From Octopus sinensis (lineage: Eukaryota), in contig NC_042997.1 in assembly GCF_006345805.1 (NCBI RefSeq), forward strand, positions 100,068,001 through 100,132,000: 64,000 nucleotides of DNA, given 5' to 3'. This document shows positions 55,243 to 64,000 of this stretch, piece by piece (position 1 is the first letter of the stretch; the number at the start of each line of letters is the position of its first letter). A model generated the notes under the pieces. The model searched no databases, was not told the DNA's origin, and saw only the letters and a list, made by a program, of their open reading frames with translations. The position numbers and the translations under genes are program-made.

Positions 55243-57904
55243 CACACACACACACACACACATACATGCACACACATGTATGCATATATATGTACAAATA
55301 TACAGACACATGAGTGAGTGAATGAATGTGTGTTTTCTCTTTGTTTTGATATTTGCACACTCATTATCACTATTCATGCAAATGTTGTCAATTTTTAAAC
55401 ATGCCCAGTCAATGAGTTTGTTTTTCAAAAAATAAAAGGGAGAAACACTACCATGCTTGTAAAAAGGTGATGGTTGGCAACAGAAAGAGCATCCAGGCAT
55501 AGAAAATCTGTATTTAAGTTTTACCCAATTCACTCATGTAAGTATGAAAAATGTTATACATAATATATATACACACACTCACACAATTATGAAAGAACAG
55601 CTATGTGTGAGATTATTTTATATTTGTACATTGTTCAAATGTTAAGGCAAGATTATTAAGTAGCTAAGTTACCATGCTTATCAGTACAAATTTACTGTTG
55701 ACATTTTATTACATCTTAGGATAAAACTATTTGTTTCAGATTAACTAGCAGTCAGACATGAATGATCAATTATCAGGAAGTTTACCTCTGCCATTGTATC
55801 TACAGCTCTTCTGATTACAGATCTGGTGTATATCTACCTAGAGTATGAGTGATTGACACTAACATGTTGGAACATTTATTTTTATAGCCTGGTGTCCTTT
55901 CTGATACTATCAACAATATTGTGAAAGAAAAAAGTTAACTTATTACTGCAGCTATTTTACATGTATACATGCATAATATACAGATATATATTGGTTTCAG
56001 ATTTTGACACAAGGAAACAGTTTGGTTGGAGAGGGACTAGTCAATTACATCAACCCCAATGATCAACAAGTGCTTATTTTATCAACCCTGAAAAGGATGA
56101 ACGGCAAAGTCAATCTTAGCGGAATTTGAACTCAGAACAGAAAGACAGCCAAAATACTACGAAGCATTTTGTTCAGCATGCTGAAAATTCTGCCAGTTTA
56201 TGGCCTTAGATACGGGTATATACTACAACTTTTAAAAAAATAACAGCAATGGCTTGCAAATTAATGACACCTTTTCAATCATATCAAGCATAACTAAATT
56301 AACAAAATAATGAAGTCTTACTGTTTGTCAATTTAAAGCGAGCTCTGACTAAAGCTGATTTTACCACAAGGGGTGTGATAGGACTCAGACGCCAGCGCAA
56401 AAGGCGATTCATCTCCAAAGAGAGACTTTCAACTGAAAAAGTAAATAAAATAAAACATCTACTATAACGATGATGATGATGATGTACAACATGGTCTGAC
56501 CTTTCTATATAAAAACTAAATAGTTAATTTTAAAAAATCATATAATTATTATATCTATATACTATAAACAAGTGTATGCATCTAAATATTCTTTAAATGC
56601 TTGTTTGTTTTTAAGCTATTTTGAAGTTAGAGATTTGTTAATTTCTTAAAGATAAAAAGAGTGATATGAATAAAAGTTATCAAAAATAAGCTGTACCTTT
56701 ACATCCGCTGTAAACAAAATTTATAGTTGGTGGTACATTCAGGAATAAGCTGGGAGTAAGAGCTGAACACAAAGTAATAGCTGGTGTGGGTGAAGAAGAG
56801 TACACTTTTTCCTGGCTAACATGAGACTCAGAACTTAGTAATTGCTTAGATAGAAGGCTACAGCTACTGACTTCATATTCTAAAATAAATACAAAATTTT
56901 AAAAGGTTTAAAACAGCTTTGAAGAAAAAAGAAATAAGCATTAAAAAATTAAAATTACACATATCACTGCCATTTTCATGTTTGAATTTTTTTTTTTGCT
57001 GGAACATCTTTTATCTCATGCAATTCAATCTTGTCCATGAGATTCTAAGACCTAACTTTATCATTTTTTTGCTATGGTCTTACACTACCCTCAAAAGTTA
57101 GCATACAACACTTTCTCCAACAAGATATTGTCCATACTATAGCAACTGGTTCTGTTGTACATGCTGGCAGAAACCTTTAACAACCAGTTGTTCTCTCCAT
57201 TCTCTTGCACTATAGCTCTGATGTAGGTTGACACTGCACATCCAACAGATCACACTCAGATTGTTTCTCTTCTTCAGCCTCATTCAATCTTTGATATTTA
57301 ATGTTTAAGCCTCACAGCCATGTTGCATTAAGTGTTATTCATACCACATTCACTTTACCTTTTATACACAGAGAGAAACCCTTTGTTACCAACACTTTTC
57401 TTTAGCTAATAAACTTTATAGTCAACTTCAACACAGAAGTGTATATATTAGATACATAGTATTATTTCCTCCAAAGCTGTATTATTTTATAATAAAGGAA
57501 TAAGTTTATAAAGTACAGAAAAATTATTTTAACTCTTTAGCATTTAGATTACTCTCAAATGTAATGCTTATTTATTCACATTCATTTGAATTAGTCGTAC
57601 ATTATCTCATAACACGATTTCAATGGTATGATTGTTATTTCTAGAATAATATTGCGTGAGAGGTCAGATCTGGCCAGTCTGAACATAAACCTAGCAGAAT
57701 ATTTTGGCCAGACGTGGACAGTTTAAATGGTAACAGGTTAAACAAATTACATGAAAAATATATGAAAAAAAAATATATATCAGATTTTACAGAAAGAGGG
57801 CTACAAAAAATTTACCTTCATAATCTGAAACACTTTCTTCGGTCAAAGAATCGTCAGATTCTCCTTCAGAATTAATTGTTGTAGTGTCCCCATCTCCAAG
57901 TAAC
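33961..57904 (-). CDS. TTLL4: Spliced gene model: tubulin monoglutamylase/polyglutamylase TTLL4-like (16 coding exons listed separately; 5' end incomplete)
   Basis: The exons join in phase (1873 nt plus 2 upstream nt). Motifs [81 protein letters not shown] and [16 protein letters not shown] match the TTL domain and TTLL4-type flanks from memory. Confidence 0.93.
34361..34663. mobile_element. hAT-type MITE with perfect 8-bp TSD
   Basis: Termini CAGAGGTTCTCAAC / GTTGACAACCACTG; ATCTAACT duplicated at 34353-34360 and 34664-34671. Confidence 0.9.
34803..34972 (+). mobile_element. tRNA-derived SINE
   Basis: GGCATGGCTGTGTGGTAAG head; GTAGACAGAAACTGAAAGAAGCCC motif. Confidence 0.75.
34975..35316. 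mobile_element. About 340-bp element bounded by 50-bp inverted repeats, containing the hammerhead-like motif
   Basis: 34975-35024 is the reverse complement of 35267-35316 with 2 mismatches; TA-rich flanks. Confidence 0.7.
35104..35232 (-). ncRNA. Hammerhead ribozyme-like motif with extended stem II
   Basis: - strand AUAAUCU-CUGAUGA-AGCC...(about 90 nt self-pairing)...GGCU-GAAA-CAGCU-GUA-AGUUAU; palindromic ACAGCUGU stem III; stem I one nt short of perfect. Confidence 0.6.
35488..35875 (-). mobile_element. Little-decayed RTE-type 3' tail with an internal ~61-bp minisatellite
   Basis: CpG-rich copy; unit starts at 35652, 35715, 35775 and 35836. Confidence 0.85.
36107..36222 (-). CDS. TTLL4: TTLL4 exon ([10 protein letters not shown]...EKTEKT)
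   Basis: CAG/GTGAGG, phase 0-2. Confidence 0.8.
36677..36872. mobile_element. piggyBac-type MITE
   Basis: TTAACTCTTTAGCATTCAGATTAC...AGCAAAGGGTTGA. Confidence 0.7.
37011..37084 (-). CDS. TTLL4: TTLL4 exon ([25 protein letters not shown])
   Basis: Poly-T + CAG, GTAATA donor, phase 1-0. Confidence 0.85.
38828..39054. mobile_element. piggyBac-type MITE, full length
   Basis: TTAA-CCCTTTAGCAT...ATGCTAAAGG-TTAA. Confidence 0.82.
39218..39428 (-). CDS. TTLL4: TTLL4 exon ([16 protein letters not shown]...FERIFP...[12 protein letters not shown]...)
   Basis: TAG (alternative in-frame CAG at 39420-39421)/GTAAAG, phase 0-1. Confidence 0.93.
39590..41010 (+). mobile_element. Degraded CR1/L2-group LINE ORF2 (RT region to 3' end)
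   Basis: Frameshifted motifs NK.TSPDN.P..TLKHCAP.L, V.PIPKK, DINKAFD and [12 protein letters not shown]. Confidence 0.78.
41422..41536 (-). CDS. TTLL4: TTLL4 exon ([38 protein letters not shown])
   Basis: Long T tract + TAG, GTGAGG donor, phase 2-0 bridges the flanking exons. Confidence 0.85.
42176..42236. repeat. (TA)n(GA)n microsatellite
   Basis: Seen directly in the sequence. Confidence 0.95.
42563..42613 (-). ncRNA. Type I hammerhead ribozyme-like motif (compact)
   Basis: - strand GAUGGGUG-CUGAUGA-AGGAG(caaaa)CUCCU-GAAA-UAUGAC-AUA-CGCCUAUU: intact core, 5-bp stem II, 8-bp stem I with wobbles, short quasi-palindromic stem III. Confidence 0.72.
42720..43565 (-). mobile_element. RTE-clade LINE 3' fragment
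   Basis: FRYLGD....[19 protein letters not shown] and GRCSPRKAW motifs. Confidence 0.82.
43961..44092 (-). CDS. TTLL4: TTLL4 exon ([25 protein letters not shown]...)
   Basis: CAG/GTAAGT, phase 2-2. Confidence 0.93.
44193..44248. repeat. Three tandem ~19-bp units (CAATTTATGGATCATATAA)
   Basis: Seen directly in the sequence. Confidence 0.9.
45220..45354 (-). CDS. TTLL4: TTLL4 exon (...[26 protein letters not shown])
   Basis: CAG/GTAAGT, phase 2-2, catalytic EVN motif. Confidence 0.96.
46289..46502. mobile_element. piggyBac-type MITE, opposite orientation to the other TTLL4-intron copies
   Basis: TTAACCCC...GGCCCAAATATTCTACCTG...GAGATAATGCATGATTAAT. Confidence 0.7.
46917..47015 (-). CDS. TTLL4: TTLL4 exon ([13 protein letters not shown]...[11 protein letters not shown])
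   Basis: TAG/GTATGT, phase 2-2. Confidence 0.95.
48580..48699 (-). CDS. TTLL4: TTLL4 exon ([22 protein letters not shown]...QGHKW)
   Basis: TAG/GTTTGT, phase 2-2, HLTNYS motif. Confidence 0.95.
49869..49997 (-). CDS. TTLL4: TTLL4 exon ([18 protein letters not shown]...GLVRFASCK)
   Basis: TAG/GTAAGT, phase 2-2. Confidence 0.96.
50089..50171 (-). CDS. TTLL4: TTLL4 exon ([28 protein letters not shown])
   Basis: CAG/GTAAAT, phase 0-2. Confidence 0.95.
50290..50575 (-). mobile_element. tRNA-derived SINE
   Basis: Reverse complement shares TTGAGCAAGACACTTTATTTCAC...CAGTTCACTCGGCTG with 11402-11640. Confidence 0.75.
50759..50979. mobile_element. piggyBac-type MITE
   Basis: AACCCTTTAGCATTC...TGTTAAAGGGCTAA. 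Confidence 0.75.
51830..52210 (+). mobile_element. Degraded RTE ORF2 internal fragment
   Basis: [10 protein letters not shown]...GIVA.LLK-like translation. Confidence 0.5.
52892..53094. mobile_element. piggyBac-type MITE
   Basis: TTAACCCTTTGGCATTCAGAT...AATGCTAAAAGGATAA. Confidence 0.75.
53488..53682 (-). CDS. TTLL4: TTLL4 exon ([14 protein letters not shown]...WIIKP)
   Basis: CAG/GTAAGT, phase 0-0, TTL domain core. Confidence 0.96.
54692..54768 (-). CDS. TTLL4: TTLL4 exon ([26 protein letters not shown])
   Basis: CAG/GTAAGA, phase 1-0. Confidence 0.92.
55167..55262. repeat. (TA)n about 72 bp plus (CA)n
   Basis: Seen directly in the sequence. Confidence 0.97.
56322..56432 (-). CDS. TTLL4: TTLL4 exon ([25 protein letters not shown]...)
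   Basis: CAG/GTAAGA, phase 1-1. Confidence 0.92.
56697..56879 (-). CDS. TTLL4: TTLL4 exon (...[21 protein letters not shown])
   Basis: TAG/GTACAG, phase 1-1, SLF.NVPPTI motif. Confidence 0.9.
57529..57741. mobile_element. piggyBac-type MITE
   Basis: TTAACTCTTTAGCATTTAGATTAC...CAGGTTAA. Confidence 0.72.
57816..57904 (-). CDS. TTLL4: TTLL4 exon, acidic ([29 protein letters not shown])
   Basis: AAG acceptor, GTAAAT donor, phase 2-1, open frame that fits the next exon. Confidence 0.72.
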
Positions 57905-59616
57905 CTTGCATTGAAATAATATAATAAATACACTGGTGATAATCATGATACAGAGTATTATTTTATAATTATTATAATTAAAATTTTTAAATGTTATGGA
58001 CCAGAATCCATGCTGATGTTAAGCTGGTGTTTTGTGTATATCCAACCAAGATTCTAACAGAATTTTGATGGAAAGTTTTCATTGGCTTAAAAACCAATAA
58101 TTTTTTTAATCAAATAATCAAAGACATTTTCAAGTGAATTAGCATAAGAGGTTAGAAAACAACAAGCTACTCAGATAATATATTTGACAGTCAACTGATT
58201 TAGGTGAACATGCATGAAGCCATAATAAAAATAAGATTGTAAGAAACTATTGGACAAGTAGTATGTATCATCATCATCATCAATCATGGTTTTATTTCAT
58301 CTAGCTTGCTAATTTCATTGAATATGTAATGTTATCCAATTCTTTGTTTTCCTTATCTATTTTGGTTAGGGAAGAATAATATTCAGTATTGTAAAAAAAA
58401 AAACATCAAATTTCATTTCCAATGAATTTATATTATTACCAGATTTTTTTCACTCTTTACTTCATAAAAAGTGTAGGTTTCTCCAGGTGCAAAATTTTAA
58501 ACTACAAATGCCTTCAGTTTCCTAAATGGAAGAAGCAAGATACTAAAAGCATCTCTTACACAACCACAATATAGTTCACATGAGGCTCCTGGTAGTTTGC
58601 TGTGCTTCAGAAGATACATCAAGCTATGTAAAATCCTAACCTTGCAAGGCTCATAAGTGCTGGTGTCATGTAAAAAGCACCCCTGCCTGTGCTATATATA
58701 AGCACTCAGTACAAACTGGAAAGTGGTTGGTGTTAGGAAGACATCCTGGTGTAGAAACCATGCCAAAACAGACATGGAACCCAGGCAGCTCCAGCCAAAC
58801 TGTCAACCCATGCCAGCATAGAAAACAGACATTAAATGATGATGATGAATCCACAGTTCTAAGAAAAAAGGAAAATGTTTACTTGTCCATAGAAGAAAGC
58901 AGGGTGATGAGATATGTAGCTTAAGTCACAACTGCCCCCATTCAGCCTAGCTAAAAATGATTTAACCCTTCAATGTATACAGTATCATACATAGCATATG
59001 CCAGGTGATTTTTTAATTAAACATGTATCAATTCTTTCATTGCAACAAGGACATTTTTAGTTAGGCATCAATTTTATAATAACCAGTCAGGCAGCCATTT
59101 TGGCTACTTAAAGCAAAAATCAAGAAAATTTTTCTGAAAGCCAAGAAAAGTCATTTGTTCATTCACATTTGTCTTAAATAACAAGACATAGCCGAGTTTA
59201 ATGAGAGAAAAAAATTACACATTTTCAGTCAGATCACATATGTAACACTATTTTCTACAACACAAAATCATACCATTTTACTTCATAAACAAAAATATCA
59301 ATACACTTGCTATGTTTTGGATATAGCTTGCTTTTGTTGTGACTCAAAACTTGTCACATTTTTGTGTATGTTAGTGTCCATTTTCAACTTGTATTTCACT
59401 ATCTATGTAAGAACACATGAACAATCGTTTAATGTTTGTTTTCCTAGCACAGCATAGGTTTGATGGGAACTTTTAATTTATGGTAAGAAGTTAAAGCTGG
59501 ATGCCCTTCCTGTAAGCAACTCTTAACTGATTATCAAATAAAATATTTTTTATTCCAAAAGTGCTGATCAGTTGTATTGTCACCATTTTATTCAGGTGGT
59601 GACAAGTAAAGCTATG

Positions 59617-61089
59617 AATGTCAACATTTGTATACACACACACACTCAATAGGCTTCCATACAGTTTGTCAAAGAAATGACAAATGACAGGCAGGCAGAG
59701 ATCAAACTAACTAGAATTTCAAATTTCACATATTGGCTTGTTCTACCAGTGAAGGAATATTTGCCTGCTAGTGTGTTTATAGGGAACAAAGCCACATGAA
59801 AAGCTTGGATGTACATGATAGATTTTATGAAATGTTAAATATCTCTATAAATACATTTTTTTTTTCATTTAAAATAGAAAACTAAATAAATGGTTAATGA
59901 TCAAAAAACAGATTCAGCAGTCAAGTTAGTAAAAGGATTGATGAAATGGGAGGTTTCGGAGGGAGTAGAGAAAAGAAATACATGAGATAAAAATCCTTAT
60001 TAGATATGTCACTTAAGATCAAGAAAAAAACATACCTTAACATAGTTGGAACGTTTACTGCTGGTGTGACTCTATACAGGAAGAAAAATCAAATTATGAA
60101 GATCAAGTTGACTGGGACTTCATATTTCACATGTCAGCTTATTCACTCAATGAAACAATGTCAACATTTGTATACACACACACTCAATAGGCTTCCATAC
60201 AGTTTTTATCTCATGTATTTCTTTTCTCTACTCCCTCCGAAACCTCCCATTTCATTAATCTTTTTACTAACTTGACTGCTGAATCTGTTTTTTGATCATT
60301 AATTGTTGCCTACAATATTATATTAGCAAGCAATCATTTTCATTTGCATTAACCAAAAATGAGATTCTTATGGAAAATTTATAAATATAGACATGTAGAT
60401 CTCTTTCTACTGAGATATATGGTTCAGATATTTTTAGAAACTGGCAGCCATAGTCATGCATGCTTATTTAGTGAATTAAATTAAACTCCACATGACTTAT
60501 TTACTTTTATTAGAATAACATTGTTAGTCGGTCCACTTAACAAGCTACCTGAAACTATGTTGAGGTATTTTTTTTCTTGATCTTAAGTGACATATCTAAT
60601 AAGGATTTTTATCTCATGTATTTCTTTTCTCTACTCCCTCCGAAACCTCCCATTTCATCAATCCTTTTACTAACTTGACTGCTGAATCTGTTTTTTGATC
60701 ATTAACCATTTATTTAGTTTTCTATTTTAAATGAAAAAAAAATGTATTTATAGAGATATTTAACATTTCATAAAATCTATCATGTACATCCAAGCTTTTC
60801 ATGTGGCTTTGTTCCCTATAAACACACTAGCAGGCAAATATTCCTTCACTGGTAGAACAAGCCAATATGTGAAATTTGAAATCCTAGTTAGTTTGATCTC
60901 TGCCTGCCTGTCATTTGTCATTTCTTTGACAAACTGTATGGAAGCCTATTGAGTGTGTGTGTATACAAATGTTGACATTGTTTCATTGAGTGAATAAGCT
61001 GACATGTGAAATATGAAGTCCCAGTCAACTTGATCTTCATAATTTGATTTTTCTTCCTGTATAGAGTCACACCAGCAGTAAACGTTCCA
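59617..61089. repeat. Complex near-identical inverted duplication/triplication
   Basis: 59617-60302 consists of rearranged reverse-complement pieces of 60553-61089 with only a few mismatches. Confidence 0.92.
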
Positions 61090-62499
61090 GTGTTTTTGTT
61101 TCCTTTTTAAACTTTGCACAGAGATTAACACTTGTTTTGAATGAAAAAAATTGTGCTCAGTCACTACTGGCAAATATTGTCTGGAAAGTGGCACACACAA
61201 CTTTCAAATGCATTATAACAAAGTCAAACTTCAATTACAATTCAAGCCTTATAATACTCTAATTTGCAACATCACCAAACTATCAGCTGTTACATATCCA
61301 CTGGTCACAATGCACTTTGCATCATTTTAGCTTTCAAATGATGCCACCTTACAGCTAGATAAGCCACCAACATTGCCCCTAATTAGAAGTTACCCATTTA
61401 CAGCTAAATGGACTGGAGCAATATGAAATAAATTATTTTACTCAAGAACACAATACACTGGCCAGGCTGGAAATTGAACCCACAATCACTATATCATGAG
61501 TGCAATAATAAATAACTTCAAACACATTCTCTACAGTGAAAAATACAGCCAGAAGCAAAATCTCCACTTCCCTTTGAATTCATTTAAAACATTCTCACTA
61601 GATTCAAACTACAGTTTCAATAAAGTCTTTTAGATCTTGATGAAAATGCAAAAGAATTTAAAATCTTTCAAAATCTATTCAACAGCATTATTAGGATAAA
61701 TTTTGGACCTGCCTATAATCACACCCCTCATCACTATACTTATCTCTATATCTCTCTTATCCATTATGAGACTTACATACAAAGAACTGTGTCGGATTTG
61801 TTTGTACCTAATACACCTTAGCATAATGATTAGCAAAATGGAATGCTGTAAAAGACATACCCAGCCATTCATGCACAGCAAAACAACTCAAAACACTATC
61901 ATCACCCCTTTTATCCTGTACTAGGTAGAGCTCCCTCCCAAGTCATATAGACTCAAAAGGCTGGTTTCCCGATTTCTGTAGTATATATATTTCCCATTGG
62001 ATGGGAATCCGGTCTGTCACACAATTACTAATTTTTGCTAACTGAGCAGACTGGAACAACATGGAGTCTTTTGCTCTAGAACACAATGTATCACCCACTC
62101 CAAGAATTGAAACCACAATCTTATGATCTTGAGTGCAACACCCTTAACTACTGAGCTGCATGCCTCCTTACCTTGTACTGCCAGTCATCATTTCCTATTC
62201 CAAGCCATTCATAATTGTTATCCACTTTCCTTTCTACCATCCTCTTGTGTCAGGCACTCTCTTTCTATTATCACACTTGTTCTCTCTCTCTGCTACTCAC
62301 CATCTGAGCCAAACTGTCTTGAGTGAATGTTCACACCACAGAGTAGTAAGAACTTACATCTTTAGGGATACTGGGCAACTTCCATAGTGCTGGTGCCATG
62401 ATAAAATGCACCCAGCACACTTCTGGGATGATTGCTGAACAAGCAGGGACAGCATAGGGGTGAGAGGAGCATTCAGTCTTGTCAAAGACATGACGATTA

Positions 62500-63170
62500 C
62501 TCCAGTGTCAATGCCAGCAGATGTGCTGGTACAACAAACACTCAGAATGTACAGAAAATAGACTCTTTCGAATGTCCAGAAGATCCTTAGTAGCAGATAG
62601 TTTGTTACCCAGGCAACCAAGTTAGCAGTGGAGGAGGAAACTCTGAAAGCATAGTTGCTAGAATAAGGGGCTGGGTAAAGTTCAGAGAGTTGCTACCTTT
62701 GTTCGTAACAAGGGCCTCTCCCTCAAAGAGGAAGGCAGATTGTATGATATCTGTGTGTGAACAGCTATACTAGATGGCAGCGAAACATGGGATGTGACAA
62801 TAAAGGACATGTTAAGGCTCGAAAGAAATGAAGTCAGTATGCTCCACTGAGTGGGTAATGTCAGAGTGCATGTATGACAGTGTAAATGATTTAAAAGAAA
62901 AACTAGATTTCAGAGGCATTAGATGTAGTGTGCAAGAAAGAAGACTGTACTGGTATGGTCATGTGATGCATATGGATGAGGACAGGTGCATGAAGGAGTG
63001 CTAAGTTCTAATTGTGGAAGGAACCTGTGGAAGGGGTAGACCCAGGAAGATATGGAACAAAATGGTAAGAAAGGATCTTCAGATATTGAGTCTCACTGAG
63101 ATGACAAGGGGTCAAGACTTCTGGCAATATGCTATGCTTGAGAAAACACATCAAGCTAAGTAAAATCATG
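62500..63170 (+). mobile_element. RTE-clade LINE 3' fragment
   Basis: ARIRGW.KFRELLP, GSETW, RRLYWYGHV.HMDEDR and GRGRPRK.W motifs with stops and frameshifts. Confidence 0.85.
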
Positions 63171-63599
63171 GCCATCCATACATACAAGGATGGCCTTTAC
63201 AGCCATAACTCCACCACCATCAACACATAATTCTGCTCTCTGGCAAAACTCACTCACAAACCATCTCCACAAAACCCACTGCAGTCCCTTCTAGTTCCTT
63301 TCAAAATCATTTGCTATCTAAATATCTCCTCTCATACTCTTATTGTACATCTCTTTTCCCTCTGTACTACTTATACTCCCTATCCCATTATTCACTCTGA
63401 GTAGGCCCTCTCACTCACTCTGACTGTCTTTCTTTCTCTCACTTTCCCCTGCTTCCTTGTCCTACTGGTGTAGCCAAATATCCCCTCTGTAGTAAGACAG
63501 CTATCCTTGTTCCTTTATCATATTCGAACTTCTTGCTTAGCACACAGTCACTTCTCTCGATTCCTCTCCTCTTAGCTGAAACTTCTTTGCCTTACAAGC

Positions 63600-63985
63600 C
63601 ACTCAGTGATCTTGTGGGTACTGGTGCCATGTAAAATGCACCTATGCCAGCATCATATAAAAATCACCCATGCCAGCACCACATAAAGGGCATCCATGCC
63701 AGCATCACATGAGAAGCACCCATACCAGTGCCACATATAAAAGCAAGCATGCTAGTGCCAAGTAATAAAGCAACCAACCGTTCCAGCGCCAGGTAAAGAA
63801 GCACCTATGTTAGCACCATGTAAAAAGCATCCAGTACACTCTGTAAAGTGGTTGGCATTAGAAAGGGCATCCAGCTGTAAAAACTATGCCAAAACAAACA
63901 ACTGGAGCCTGGTGCAACCCTCTGTCAAGCCATCGAACCCATACCAGCATGGAAAACAGACATTATACGAGGATGATGATGATGA
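63600..63985 (+). mobile_element. RTE-type 3' tail with a degenerate ~27-bp tandem array and (GAT)n end
   Basis: About eight CCA(C/T)(A/G)TAAAAGCACC-like units, then GTTGGCATTAGAAAGGGCATCCAGCTG...GATGATGATG. Confidence 0.8.
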
Positions 63986-64000
63986 GTACACACCATTAAA

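Noticed and set aside
55110-55533. Overlapping ORFs rich in IY/HT repeats
   Set aside because: Translations of (TA)n and (CA)n repeats.
58880-58925. Candidate upstream TTLL4 exon ending ATGGACAA/GTAAAC
   Set aside because: Phase would fit, but the acceptor is weak and there is no homology support.

Overview
AT-rich, repeat-dense eukaryotic genomic DNA. The SINE, RTE-tail and MITE families look like those of octopod cephalopods (inference, no database search run). Two convergent multi-exon genes fill the window, both assembled by hand from GT-AG splice sites with consistent reading phase. (1) An AIFM3-type Rieske [2Fe-2S]/FAD-NADH oxidoreductase on + (17 coding exons, 2708-31129, about 562 aa visible; the start codon probably lies upstream of the window). 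(2) A TTLL4-type tubulin glutamylase on - (16 coding exons, 57904 down to 33961, about 624 aa visible; the 5' end is not found here). The introns hold degraded CR1/L2-group, RTE and CRE-like LINE fragments, a Penelope-like GIY-YIG remnant, tRNA-derived SINEs, a Helentron-type HINE, and piggyBac-, hAT- and mariner-type MITEs. Most notable unexplained structure: two hammerhead-ribozyme-like folds in TTLL4 introns in the sense orientation (a compact one at 42563-42613; one with a greatly extended stem II inside a 50-bp inverted-repeat-bounded element at 34975-35316), plus three local inverted duplications of apparently non-repeat DNA (1027-1850, 22131-23175, and a complex multi-switch rearrangement at 59617-61089). 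No prokaryotic features, CRISPR arrays, rRNA or true tRNA genes were found.
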